DNA of 64,000 nucleotides, taken from positions 576,805 through 640,804 of the forward strand of contig WELA01002297.1 of NCBI GenBank assembly GCA_009602735.1, given 5' to 3'. The notes beneath the pieces were generated by a model. It had not been told where the DNA came from. It saw nothing but the letters and a program-made list of their open reading frames with translations, and made no database searches. This DNA comes from Mesotaenium endlicherianum. Its lineage: Eukaryota. The translations under genes were made by a program, and so were the position numbers. Shown piece after piece: positions 23,453 through 35,172 of the stretch (position 1 is its first letter; every line of letters starts with the position of its first letter).

Positions 23453-24733
23453 ATGGCCGATCCTCAAGACCAACAGCAAGCTTTCGAAGGAAGCCCTTCC
23501 TCTCCAAGACACCCTCCTCCAGCGCCGATGGGAGAGCCCACTCAAGAAAATCTGCAACAACAAGAAGCACCACAAGGAGGAGCACACCCTCCTCCAGCGT
23601 CGATGGGAGAGCCTACTCAAGGAAATCTGCAACAACAAGAAGCACCACAAGGAGGAGCACCGTCAAATCCCGTGGCAGCCGCTATAGCAAAGTTGACCCC
23701 ACCACAAGGAGTTCCCGCAAATGAGTGGGCAGCCTTCCTAATGACCGTCCACAACCAAGTGGGCTTGGCCACCTATGAAGCAACCGTGCAAGCGTCAAGA
23801 GAAGCTATGGCTGCCATGGTTGCCCCTATTGCGAGCAATGCTCAAAATCCAGCCCCGGCTCAAGCGCCTCCACAAGAGCCAACGAGAGCAAGGAAACTCA
23901 TCAAGCCCGGCAAACCCGACACTTTCAACCCCGGGAAAGGTGCCAACCTGAATTTATGGCTCTACCAAGTGGAGACGTACCTCGCGTTCCTTGAAGTACC
24001 CGAGGAGGACTACGTTCCCTTTGCCGTTACCTTACTTAGAGGAGCAGCAACATCATGGTGGCGTAACTATCAAGCGGCTATATATCAAGCTATGGCGCAC
24101 CCCATGCTCGGCCAAGAGCCCCCACCATCATATGCAAGATGGGCAGATTTTCGTGAGGCCCTCAAGAAGCAATTCATGCCCATCAATGCGGAGAAGATTG
24201 CCCGAGGAAAGCTCCACCATCTCAAGCAAACGACGTCCGTTCAAGAGTATACATCCAGATTTCACGCCCTCACTCTTGAGATCCCCAACATGTCTCTCGA
24301 GGAGAAGATTGACCGTTACATCTTTGGCCTCAAACCCAAGGTGGCAAAGGAAGTGGAGTTACGCGACTTGACGGACTTCTCAAAGATCATTGAAGTGGCC
24401 CAAAAGGTGGATACCTTGGATTTCAAGCACTCCGTGCCTTCATCTTCACGGGTACCGACGACGCGGGTGTACGCAGCCCCTTCCACATCCGAATCTGGAC
24501 CCACACCCATGGAAATCGGAGTTATTAAAAGGGACCCCGCGGCTGCCCGGAAGAGTGGAAGACCCTCCAATGACACTTATGATGCAAGAAACCAGCAAGG
24601 AGTGAAAGCAAGACTCTCCCCGGCTGAAAAAGAAGCTCTCATGACGGCTGGACTATGCTTCTATTGCAAGGAAAAGGGCCATCGTGCACTTTCATGCCCC
24701 AAAAAGTTGTCAAAAAACGGACAGCGCCGGTAG
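23453..24733 (+). CDS. gag: D1 Gag (426 aa) with CCHC zinc knuckle
   Basis: Retrotransposon gag motifs ([22 protein letters not shown]) and knuckle [14 protein letters not shown]. Confidence 0.93.
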   Translation: MADPQDQQQAFEGSPSSPRHPPPAPMGEPTQENLQQQEAPQGGAHPPPASMGEPTQGNLQQQEAPQGGAPSNPVAAAIAKLTPPQGVPANEWAAFLMTVHNQVGLATYEATVQASREAMAAMVAPIASNAQNPAPAQAPPQEPTRARKLIKPGKPDTFNPGKGANLNLWLYQVETYLAFLEVPEEDYVPFAVTLLRGAATSWWRNYQAAIYQAMAHPMLGQEPPPSYARWADFREALKKQFMPINAEKIARGKLHHLKQTTSVQEYTSRFHALTLEIPNMSLEEKIDRYIFGLKPKVAKEVELRDLTDFSKIIEVAQKVDTLDFKHSVPSSSRVPTTRVYAAPSTSESGPTPMEIGVIKRDPAAARKSGRPSNDTYDARNQQGVKARLSPAEKEALMTAGLCFYCKEKGHRALSCPKKLSKNGQRR

Positions 24734-27700
24734 GCCAGGAGCCTACCACCCCAAGACCCACTTCACGAGAAGGCAACACGCCAAGTGAGGTGGAGACCCC
24801 CGTTGAAGACGACGTTCCAGCCCCAATGAGTTTGAGAGGTTACCTTGGAGGAGAGAAGGTCCACATCTTGGTGGATAGCGGAGCTCAAGGCAACTTCATT
24901 GCTGCAGATTTTGCCACCAAGCACGGTATTACTATGCGAACTCTTGACCACGACGAGGAGATTATGATGCCCGATGGATTCTCCTATACTACCCCTTCCA
25001 AGAAGACGTACCCCTTGGCACTCTCTATCAAGTCCTTCAAGGATAGAGTAGTGTTCTCCCCCATGCAATTGGGCAAGTACGACGTCATCCTAGGGACGCC
25101 TTGGTTGACCAAGCACAACCCCCAAGTTGATTGGAGGACCGGTACTATCAAGATCAAGAATGACATCACTTCAAGAATCTGTATTTTGCGCGCAATCCAG
25201 AATATCCAGACCCAAGACATCCAGAAGCCGGCACACGAGATACTATTGTCCGCCCTCCAACTCAAGAGACTTGTGAGGAAGGGACACGAGCTTCTTTTGG
25301 CCTTGATCACGCCAAAAGACATCAAGAAAGACATCGAGAGTCAAGAAGGCAGCCCCGTTCCCAAGGAGATACAAGAAGTCTTTGAGGACTACAAAGAAGT
25401 GTTCTCCCCGGAATTGCCCAAGGGCCTACCCCCCAAAAGATTCGTAGACCACAAGATAGAGTTGGAGCCCGGAAGCAAGCCCATCTCTCGGCCTACGTTC
25501 AAAATGTCATACACGGAGCTAGACGAAGTCAAGAAGCAAATCAAGGAGCTACTGGAGCATGGCTTCATTCGACCTAGCAAGTCGCCATTTGGAGCCCCGG
25601 TGCTATTTGTCAAGAAGAAAGATGGTACCTTGAGGATGTGTGTGGACTATCGCGCCCTCAACAAGATCACCATCAAGAATCGATACCCGCTGCCGCGCAT
25701 GGATGAGCTCATGGACCGGCTGGTTGGAGCCAAGTACTTCACGAAGATTGACTTACGGAGCGGCTACCACCAGATTCGCATCGCAGAACCGGACATAGAG
25801 AAGACGGCATTCAGGACAAGATATGGACATTTTGAGTTCATGGTCCTGCCATTTGGACTCACCAACGCGCCAGCAACTTTCATGACTATGATGAACACCA
25901 TATTTCAGCCCATGTTGGACAGATTTGTGGTGGTATTCATCGATGACATCCTTATCTACAGCAAGACCCTTGAAGAGCATGCGAGACACTTGAAAGAAGT
26001 CCTTGAAGTATTGAAGCAAAACAAGCTGTTTGCGAAGGAGTCAAAATGCGAGTTTGCCAAACAAGAAGTGGAGTTCCTAGGTCTCCACGTGACTGCTGAT
26101 GGCATCAAGATAGACCCCAAGAAGACCACGGTGGTGGAGGAATGGCCAACCCCCACGACCAAGAAAGAACTCCAGTCATTCTTGGGATTTGCCAATTGGT
26201 ACAGAAAATTCATCCAAGGCTTCTCGCACATAGCAGCCCCCCTGACAGATCTACTCAAGAAGGACAGGCTATATACATGGACCGAGAAAGAGGAAGAGGC
26301 ATTTCAAGAGTTAAAGCGAAGATTGACCACATCCCCGGTGCTCACACTCCCAAGTCCAAACCCAGATTGGCCCTTCCACGTCATCACCGATGCATCTTCC
26401 TATGCAATAGGAGCAATCCTGCTTCAAGACCAAGGCAAGGGACTGCAGCCCATCGCCTACGAGTCAAGGAAGCTAAATCCAGCCGAGCAAAATTATACAA
26501 CCACGGAGCGAGAGGCATTGGCGATTGTACATGCCTTGAAGGTTTGGCGCTGCTACGTTGAAGGACGCAAAGTACTGGTCACCACGGACCACGAGGCGTT
26601 AAAGCACCTCCAGACGCAGCCGTATCTCTCAAGGAGACAAGCAAGATGGAGCGGATACTTGCAACAATACAACATCACGATTCAGTACCAGCCCGGCAAG
26701 ACAAACCCGGCTGACCCCCTCTCAAGACTGCAATTAAATGCAGTGATGGTATCCCTGAAGACAGATCTGGAAGCTCGATTTTCAGCCGCCTATGAAAGAG
26801 ACCCTTACTACAAGAACGGAGAAGCAGCCTTGGACCCATGCAAGAAGCAAGAAGGCAATTATTGGGTGAGGCAAGATACGGGCCAGAGATGTGTTCCTAA
26901 TGACTTAGACCTCCGGCTCTTGCTTCTACGAGAAGCACACGACAACCCTCTTGGAGGACACTTTGGAATCCTAAGGACCACGGGCGTTCTAGCTAGGACT
27001 TATTGTTGGCCAGGCATGTCTAAGCAAGTCAAGGAGTACTGCAGGAGCTGTGACACATGCCAAAGAATCAAGCCATCATCGCAAAAGGCGGGAGGACTCC
27101 TCCAACCACTACCAATCCCCGAAAGACAATGGACGGACATCTCAATGGACCTTATCGTGGACTTGCCCGTGACACCTCGAGGCCATAATGCAATACTCAC
27201 GGCGGTGGACAGACTTACCAAGATGGCTCATTTTATTCCCACGACGACTAAGGCTACAGCACCACAACTTGCAAGACTCATCTTTGACAACATCTTCCGA
27301 CTCCATGGACTACCATCAAGAATTGTGTCAGATAGAGATCCAAGATTCACAAGCCATTTCTGGAAAAATCTCTTCAAGAACTTGGGTACATCGCTGGATA
27401 TGTCTACTGCCTACCACCCACAATCAGATGGGCAAACCGAGCGTATGAATCGTACCCTAAAGACCTCTCTAAAGGCCTACGTGTCTACCCTCGAGCAAGA
27501 CTGGGACATGTACTTGACCCCCCTCGAGTTTGCCTACAACAACACTACGCAGGCCTCTACCCAAGAGTCCCCATTCTTCCTCAACTATGGCTTCCATCCG
27601 ACCACGCCACTGAGCTTCACGGCTGGCCATGATGAAGTACCTGCAGCCACAGATTTTATGGAGACATTAGAAGCAGCCCTTACAGCAGCGAAGAAAGCTC

Positions 27701-28320
27701 TACAACACGCGCAAGATGCTCAAGCAAGAGTGGCGAACAGATCCAGAAGAGAAATTACGTACAGAGTGGGTGACAACGTGTTACTATCATCCAAGAACAT
27801 TTCCCTGAACAACAGGCCTGCCGGCAGCAAGTTCTCTCCCAAGTATTTGGGACCCTTCAAGATTATCCAGCAAGTCAACCCCGTTGCTTTCAAGCTAGAA
27901 CTTCCCCAGACTATGCACATCGACCCCGTATTCCACGCTTCCCTCTTCAAGCCATATGTGCAACCCGACAACAAGTTCCCAGGACGTGTGACAACCCCAC
28001 CAGCCCCAACAATAGTGGATGATCATTTGGAGTACGAAGTGGAAGACATAGTGGCTATGAGAAATTTCAGGAGACAGCAGCAATACTTGATCAAGTGGAA
28101 AGGATATCCAGATTCGGAGAATAGTTGGGTGGCGGCGCACTACCTTGACAAAGTTCAGAGAAAGTTGAAGCGCTTCCATGCCGCCAACCCCCATCTTGGA
28201 CCAGCCCCAAGTCTCTCTACTAGAAGCCCGAAGACTTCAGGGAGGCAGCCTGCCACCATCAAGAAGCAGCAGAAGACCCCTTGGAGGCAGCCTGCAAGAA
28301 CAAGAAAGAGGAAAAATTGA
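24655..28320 (+). CDS. pol: D1 Pol: protease-RT-RNase H-integrase-chromodomain, likely expressed by -1 frameshift
   Basis: Uninterrupted 1221 codons with [22 protein letters not shown] and DDE motifs, and chromodomain YEVEDIV...[15 protein letters not shown]. Confidence 0.96.
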   Translation: MLLLQGKGPSCTFMPQKVVKKRTAPVGQEPTTPRPTSREGNTPSEVETPVEDDVPAPMSLRGYLGGEKVHILVDSGAQGNFIAADFATKHGITMRTLDHDEEIMMPDGFSYTTPSKKTYPLALSIKSFKDRVVFSPMQLGKYDVILGTPWLTKHNPQVDWRTGTIKIKNDITSRICILRAIQNIQTQDIQKPAHEILLSALQLKRLVRKGHELLLALITPKDIKKDIESQEGSPVPKEIQEVFEDYKEVFSPELPKGLPPKRFVDHKIELEPGSKPISRPTFKMSYTELDEVKKQIKELLEHGFIRPSKSPFGAPVLFVKKKDGTLRMCVDYRALNKITIKNRYPLPRMDELMDRLVGAKYFTKIDLRSGYHQIRIAEPDIEKTAFRTRYGHFEFMVLPFGLTNAPATFMTMMNTIFQPMLDRFVVVFIDDILIYSKTLEEHARHLKEVLEVLKQNKLFAKESKCEFAKQEVEFLGLHVTADGIKIDPKKTTVVEEWPTPTTKKELQSFLGFANWYRKFIQGFSHIAAPLTDLLKKDRLYTWTEKEEEAFQELKRRLTTSPVLTLPSPNPDWPFHVITDASSYAIGAILLQDQGKGLQPIAYESRKLNPAEQNYTTTEREALAIVHALKVWRCYVEGRKVLVTTDHEALKHLQTQPYLSRRQARWSGYLQQYNITIQYQPGKTNPADPLSRLQLNAVMVSLKTDLEARFSAAYERDPYYKNGEAALDPCKKQEGNYWVRQDTGQRCVPNDLDLRLLLLREAHDNPLGGHFGILRTTGVLARTYCWPGMSKQVKEYCRSCDTCQRIKPSSQKAGGLLQPLPIPERQWTDISMDLIVDLPVTPRGHNAILTAVDRLTKMAHFIPTTTKATAPQLARLIFDNIFRLHGLPSRIVSDRDPRFTSHFWKNLFKNLGTSLDMSTAYHPQSDGQTERMNRTLKTSLKAYVSTLEQDWDMYLTPLEFAYNNTTQASTQESPFFLNYGFHPTTPLSFTAGHDEVPAATDFMETLEAALTAAKKALQHAQDAQARVANRSRREITYRVGDNVLLSSKNISLNNRPAGSKFSPKYLGPFKIIQQVNPVAFKLELPQTMHIDPVFHASLFKPYVQPDNKFPGRVTTPPAPTIVDDHLEYEVEDIVAMRNFRRQQQYLIKWKGYPDSENSWVAAHYLDKVQRKLKRFHAANPHLGPAPSLSTRSPKTSGRQPATIKKQQKTPWRQPARTRKRKN
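24712..24718 (+). promoter_or_regulatory. Putative -1 ribosomal frameshift heptamer A AAA AAC
   Basis: Lies in the gag frame (TCA AAA AAC) within the gag/pol overlap. Pol is in the -1 frame, and the heptamer is conserved in D2 (~54843-54849, minus strand). Confidence 0.75.
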
Positions 28321-28944
28321 CATTAGACACTCTTCTCTTCTCGCAGTTTCTGGACAGAAAACTAAAACTGCTACTGGTAATAGGTCTCTGCATAATAAAT
28401 TCTGAAAATTTACCTGGCTGTAGTCCATGAGTAGCCGGTCATTTAGAGTCCAAGTTTGCTCAATTTGGAGCACTGGTGAGAGAGATATGATGCTCTAAGT
28501 AGAAGGGGGTCAGGCTGCTGGCATTGTTAGGACAGAATATGCCTTCTGACATTGTGCCTTCCCCTGAACTTGGAATGCTCTGAAACTCAAGACTCTGGTA
28601 GAACATCTTACAGCGCCCAGTTTGAGACTTAGTTTGCAGAATTTGGAGAAGTATAGAAGGACTTATGATTTTCAGAAGTTTCTGCACAGATTTGGAGGAG
28701 TGCCTACTCTCTCAGCTCTCAACGACACTCCAGAAATGAGAATGCTCTCAAATTTGGTGACCCGGTAGAGTTCTCCGACGCGGTCCGTCTGGCACTCGAA
28801 TTTTCAGATTTGGAGCAGTTCTGTGGCCGCTATGAATTTTTGAGTTCGTGGCAGATTCTGGGCCAACTTGTACAATTTTCTTTATCATTAAGGAGTAGGC
28901 TAGCCAATAAGGTCACACCACCTACGACCTTGCCTAGTCTACCT

Positions 28945-29052
28945 TACATGTGTAGCACCTGACTTGGCGCCTTTGACTAGTCCTCTTCACATGTGTGGCA
29001 TCTGACTTGAAACTGTTGACTAGTTTGCTCCACATGTGTAAGACCTGACTTG
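28945..29052. repeat. Three imperfect ~43-bp repeats (CACATGTGT..CTGACTTG) upstream of the D1 PPT
   Basis: Seen directly; also present in D2 at ~42241-42350. Confidence 0.7.
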
Positions 29053-29799
29053 ACGCGCCGAGACGTCGCTTTTTCTATCGGGGGGGTGATGTAGTGATTT
29101 GAGTTATTATATATTAGTTTGCATATATTTTAATGTTTTCAAATATATTTGGAGTAGTATTGTGTGGAGTCAAGTGTGAATAGGTACTCTAGTAACTTGG
29201 TTCATGTCCTTTGAACCTTCCAAGGCATTTTCGAAGTTAGAGGAAAGACCTAGAAGAACTCCATGTGGCAAAAGTCAAATGTGCCATTTTTAGGTCAAAA
29301 GGACATGTGTACATTATTCTAGAAAGAGGTGGCAAGTTTTGGGATGTGTTGGGTGCCAACACATCAACATACACCTTCCTAGAAATTACTTATGTAGCAA
29401 GTATATAAACAAGAGCTAGAACATAGAAAGACATTGGAGAATCACTCTTGTACTTGCCAAAATCCAGAAATATATTAACTTTCAAGAAGCCATCTCTCTT
29501 TCAAGAAGCTACCACTTGTGTTCAAAGATCCTTGTCTTGAATAGATAAAGTATTCTGTTTTACTAAGTACTTTATCTATCTGTTTCACTACATCAAAACT
29601 TATCAAACTTTGGAAATCCATAACTCTCTCAATACTTAACCAAATTTGATGAACTTTGTACCAAAATGACCACAAACATTCACTCTACACTTCTATGCAA
29701 TCAAAACATACTTTTAAGGAACTCAAAAATGCCCTTTATAAAGCTATGACCTTACATCATCCCCCTCCTCAAGATGCGACGTCCTCGACGCATTCTGCA

Positions 29800-32700
29800 A
29801 ATAACGTCTCAACTTACTCTTACAATGAGTCAACTTGACCTCCGGCTCCCAAGTGTTGTCGTCCGCATGGTAGCCTTTCCACTTGACCAGATACTCTTGA
29901 ACAAGTCGTTGACCTCGCTTGACTCGTCAATCGCCGACAATCGCCTCCACTTCATACTCCAATACATCATCAATCTCGACCGGTGGTGGCGGTGTAGGTA
30001 GTCGTCCTGGATGTCCTTCATTCGGGTCAACGTATGGCCGCAAACAACTCACATGGAACATATCATGGATACGCCAGCTTGAAGGAAGTTCCAACTTGTA
30101 GGTCACGGGATTCACCTGCTTGAGCACCACAAAGGGACCTGTGAACCGTGCCCGCAATTTCCTCTTGCCTGTGAAAGGTAGGTTCTTTGTTGACAAGAGT
30201 ACTTTGTCGCCAACATGGAATGTCACTTCCCTCCTGTGCTTGTTAGCATGCTTGACCTGCTCTTCCTGTGCCTTTTGAATACACGTCATCGCCATATCCC
30301 AAGTCTTGGCCATCTGCTCCATAAGTGCTTGTGTAGTAAGAACCTGAGTCTCCTTGGCCTTCTCCAACAAGATCTTCCCTGGACGATATACTTCTCTCCC
30401 ATAAACCATAGCGAACCGTGACTGCTTGGTCGATCCTTGCATGCTGTTGTTGTAGGCAAACTCCAATCTTGGCAACTTCTTGTCCCACTCAGAAATGTCC
30501 TCCATATTGAAACTCCTGAGCACCACTTGCCGAAATTTGTTGAGCCTCTTACTCTGCCCGTCTGTATGAGGATGATAGGAAGTGCTCATACTCAGCTTGG
30601 TCCCCATCAAAGTAAACAATGACCGCCAAAAGTTGCTAGTAAACCGCGGATCCCGGTCTGAAACAATCACCTTTGGCAACCCATGTAGCCTGAAAATATG
30701 ATCAAAGAAAAGCCGTGCCACATCCGCTGCCGTAGAAGTCTCCTTCATGGGAATGAAGTGAGCCATCTTACTGAGTCTATCAGACACAACCCATACTGCA
30801 TCGTGCCCTTGACCACTGACTGGTAACGATGTGATGAAGTCCATAGCAATCTGCTCCCAAGAATACTCTGAAATAGGCAGGGGCTGCAATGTACCTCCCT
30901 TCTTTTGATTTGGTGTCTTGTGTCTCTGGCACGCATCGCAACTCTTTATCCACTCCTCGATGTCCTTGTCCATATTTCTCCAATAGTACTCTCGCTTCCG
31001 CACGCTTGCCGTCTTCTCGCTTCCAAAGTGTCCAGCATATAAGCAGTCATGATCCTCCGCAAGTAGTAAGTCTCGTAGCTCCTTGATGTCAGGTACCATC
31101 ACTCTCTTGGAATCACCATAATACCATATGCCGTCCTTCTTCTGCGTACTCGCATTTGACTCAGCTGCTCCACCATCAGCAAACTCTGGGTCCTCCTCGT
31201 AACCTCTCTGAAGCTTCTCCTTGAAGTCCATATTCTCCTTGATGACTGAGACAGCTGCAAGGTCACACCTCCTGGATAAAGCGTCTGCAGGGTTGATCTT
31301 CCCAGGTAAGTACTCAATCTTGTGGTCGAACAGTTGCAGAAACTCCATCCACCTTGCCTGTCTTGGTGTCAACGTTGGTTGCGTCATAAATTTCTCCAAG
31401 CTCTTGTGGTCGGTCTTGATGAACACCTTTCGACCGTCCACATAACATCGCCAAATCCTCAAAGCCTGAATAATAGCCAACATCTCCCGCTCGTGTGCTG
31501 CATACTTTTGCTCAGCAGGACTCAACTTCCTGCTCTCCTATGCCACAGGCTGCAATCCTTTGCCCTGGTCTGGGAGAAGAATGGCTCCCCCTACAAAATT
31601 TGATGCGTCCGTGATGATGGTGAAAGGAAGCTTTGGACTTGCAATTGCCAACATACGTGCCTGTGTCAACAGCTTCTTAATCTTCTCAAATGCATGCTGC
31701 TCCTTGTCACCCCATAGCCACTTCTCCTGCTTCTTCAACATGTCCGTGAGCGGTGCACACACCTTGGCAAATCCTTCAATGAAACGTCGATAATAATTCG
31801 CCGTGCCGAGGAAACTCCTGAGTTGATGAATATCAGCAGGCACCGGCCAATCTCTGACTGCTTGCACCTTCTTCTGCTCCACCTTGACTCCTTCAACTCC
31901 CACTATATGTCCAAGGAATTCAACTTCATGAGACAGAAGTCGCACTTGCTCATCTTCCCATACAGCTTTTGATCTCTCAAGACCTCCAACACTTTCCTCA
32001 GATGCTCCACATGCTCTTCCAAGGTCTTCGAATAGATCAGGATGTTGTCCAAAAACACCACCACAAACTGGTCCAAGTAGGGTCTGAAGATACTATTCAT
32101 GAGTCCCATGAAAGTAGCAAGTGCATTAGTCAATCCAAAAGGCATGACTGTGAACTCGAACAAACTATAGCAAGTTCTGAAAGCAGTCTTCTGAACGTCT
32201 CCTTCCACAATCCGTACCTGGTGATAGCCACTCCTCAAATTGATCTTCGAGAAATACTTCGCCCCGACAAGCCTGTCAATTAACTCGTCCACTCGTGGAA
32301 GTGGGTACCTGTTCTTGATGGTGACCTTGTTGAGTGCTCGATAGTTGACACACATTCTCATAGTCCCATCCTTCTTCTTCACAAATAAGACTGGCGCCGC
32401 GAATGGAGACTCGCTGGGTCGAATGAATCCCTTCTCCAATAACTCCGTCAGCTGCTTCTTCAACTCATCAAACTCCGCAAATGATTGTCGATAGGCGGGT
32501 CTCACTGGTGGCTTGCTCCCTGGTTCCAACTCAATCTTGTGCTCCATAGCTCTCTGTGGAGGTAATCCTGCAGGTAGCTCCTCGGGAAACACGCACTTGA
32601 ACTCCTCCAACAGCGCCTTAATTTGGGCAGGCATCTCAGCAGGCTTCTTCTCTTGAGCAGTTGGGCTCTGCTCCTTCTGAGCAAGGGGATCAGACACCAC

Positions 32701-33441
32701 TACTTGCTCCTCCGGCGATGTACATTCGCCCAGGCTGTTAGGATTCACGCTTGCTCCATCTGATGACCTGGCCAGGGCCACCGAAACAAGGTACATCTCC
32801 TTCACCTGATTCGCCCTGCATAGCTTCTTAACTTGCAGGCTCAACAGAAGACAGTTACTTGTGGTCGTATCTACCTCCACCTGTTTCGCTGTCTCCATTC
32901 GACCATCACGCCCTTGGACTTTCACTTGTCCTGTGCTCCAGTGCACTTGAGGGTTGGCTTTCCTTAGCCATGGTCTGCCCAATATCACCTCATGGTGACC
33001 CAACTCTGCCTGCTCCATAACTTCAGTACATTGGTGCCCTGCTACTTCCACGTGAATAGCTTCCGTAGGTGCACCACACTTGAGTCTCTGCCCATTCGCC
33101 AAAATTGCCTCCTTAGGCTCATAATGCTTCTGCACAGGGATTTGCCACTCTTTCACCAGCTTCTTGTGCACAAAGTTTGCACTTGCGCCACTGTCGACCA
33201 TACACTTTGCCTTGTTGCCGTCGACCACTCCTTCCACGATGATAGGCTTGTCAACGTCTCGTCCTTTGCTTCTCGGCAGGCTCCTGGGGATAACCTCCTT
33301 GTGAGTTCTCGTCTTCACGCCAGTANTGTTCACGCCAGTAGACACCCTAGAACGACTTACTGACGTCCTCCTTTTTCCTGTTGTTGAGGCTGCTTCGCCT
33401 TCACATGACAGTCTCGAGCCAGATGTCCAAGCTTGCCGCAA
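29800..33441 (-). pseudogene. pol: A2 pol (PR-RT-RH-INT-chromodomain) with a few frameshifts
   Basis: MVDSGAS, FLDNIL (mutated YxDD), TDAS, integrase VSDRDPRF and chromodomain YEVEAIVGD. Confidence 0.92.
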
Positions 33442-34310
33442 TTATAGCAAGGTCCTCTCGGTTTGAAATTCTGCTGCCTGCGCTGGTACTGCACAAGTCC
33501 CAACTCCATAGGTATTGGACCATGTCCACTTATGCTTGGCGCATGAGATCCAAAGTGTCGATAACCTCCAAAGTTGTGGCTGCCCCACTGCCTCTGACTA
33601 TACTCCGCAGCCTCGACCCTTGTTGCCAATGCCATCATTTCTCCAAGACTGGTAGGGTCCTTGAGCGCCTCTTCCTTGGCCACAGTTGGCTTGAGTCCCC
33701 TCTTGAACTTGTCCATCATCTCCGACTTGTGCATGGATGGACATTGAAGCAACAGCTTATTGAAGCGTGATACAAACTCTTGAACGCTTCCTCGTTGACA
33801 AAGGCGCACCAATAGATCTCGAGCGGCAGCCTCGGGTGCAATAGGTTGAAATTGCCTCTTCAATCCTTCAAAGAGCTGATCAGCAATAGCAGGGACTCCA
33901 GACAGCTGCTCCTGTTGCTCATACCAAGCTCTAGCACTCTTCTGCAGCAAAGTTATGACAAAGGCGACTTGCCTGACGGGCGTGAGCGCAGAATACTCCA
34001 TAAACTTCTTCACTCCAAAAATCCATTGATGAACAGGCGGCGATCCACGCTCTCCAGTATAAACTTCAGGCTTAGGCGCACGCACTCCCGCTGCGGGTGA
34101 AATAACTGGTTGCACCACTGAGTTAACATGAATTGATGGCACAAAAGGTGTCGGTGCTGAACTCGTCGAAGCGGCGTTCCCCATAACCACTCGCACCATT
34201 CTCTCCACCTCCGCGCGCATATTATGTTGAAATTGGGTGTAGACTTTTCCTCCAATTGCATTTGCCATTTGTCTGAGCATCGCCTGCATCTCTTGTTGCT
34301 CTCTAATCAT
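33357..34310 (-). CDS. gag: A2 Gag with zinc knuckle (true start may lie slightly upstream)
   Basis: Motifs PKPEVYTG, LCQRGSVQEF and PIPMELG, and knuckle CYNCGKLGHLARDC. Confidence 0.85.
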   Translation of the reverse strand: MIREQQEMQAMLRQMANAIGGKVYTQFQHNMRAEVERMVRVVMGNAASTSSAPTPFVPSIHVNSVVQPVISPAAGVRAPKPEVYTGERGSPPVHQWIFGVKKFMEYSALTPVRQVAFVITLLQKSARAWYEQQEQLSGVPAIADQLFEGLKRQFQPIAPEAAARDLLVRLCQRGSVQEFVSRFNKLLLQCPSMHKSEMMDKFKRGLKPTVAKEEALKDPTSLGEMMALATRVEAAEYSQRQWGSHNFGGYRHFGSHAPSISGHGPIPMELGLVQYQRRQQNFKPRGPCYNCGKLGHLARDCHVKAKQPQQQEKGGRQ

Positions 34311-35172
34311 CGTCGATACTGCCTGCTGCCTCGCGCGCTCAACATGCTTAACATGTTCGCCTCCTCCAGCTGCCGGCTGCGACTACATAATATAATATGC
34401 AACTAGCCCAGCTCCGATACCAGATGAAAGGACTAGAGCGCCCTAGTGGAAGCGTAGTAACTCACGAGGAAAGGAACTAGTTGCAATCATACTAAAGAGT
34501 GCAACGGCATATTGCTAAGAATGCTTAGGAAAATCACATGACATTTTGAGTGGCAAGAAACTGCTCACAAATGATGTAGGATGAAAGGCCTTGTCATTAC
34601 AAACCCGTAAAAATTTACAAAAGTGAAAACTGATAAGAAACAAAGAAGTTATGCCTATTTATAATTTTTGTCTAAGTCCTCCTTTCTAGGAGGAAGCTAC
34701 GGATTTTCCTAAGTGTTCGTCAAAATGTCCCTTCCAGAATATTTGTGAGTGAGCCAAATCTGTCTAACCTGACGTGTCGGGCCGAATTGACGTCCACATA
34801 CATGCATCGACATTACTAGAATATTCTATCTTAGACGCGCTAGGCTAAACCGAAATTTCTAGGTGAATCGACCTAGTCGGCACTCCGCGTCAGTCGAACT
34901 TACGTGAAGGTTCGAGTTCATTCTAACGGGCCAGATCGCTCGACGCTGTCGGTCAATCCGACGGTCGCGCTCACCGCGAATTAAGGACAGTCGTCAACCG
35001 ACCTCAAAACTAATTAAACTTTGGAAATCCATAACTCTCTCAATACTTAACCAAATTTGATGAACTTTATATCAAAATGACCACAAAAATACACTCTACA
35101 CTTCTATGTAATCAAAACATACTTTCAAGGAACTCAAAAATGCACTTTATAAACCTATGACATTACAGTCCA

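Larger units (their letters stand above)
22913..29592 (+). mobile_element. Ty3/Gypsy chromovirus D1, apparently intact and recent
   Basis: 503-bp LTRs at 22913-23415 and 29090-29592 differ at about 4 positions by eye. Perfect TSD TCAAA. PBS TGGTATCGGAGC at 23417-23428 and a G-rich PPT at 29080-29089. Gag and pol are open. Confidence 0.96.
22326..35167 (-). mobile_element. Ty3/Gypsy chromovirus A2; its 3' LTR is interrupted by D1
   Basis: 3' LTR is 22326-22912 plus 29598-29756; 5' LTR is 34425-35167. TSD GTGCA/GTCCA (4/5). PBS TGGTATCGGAGC at 34411-34422 and PPT at 29757-29770. Confidence 0.92.
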
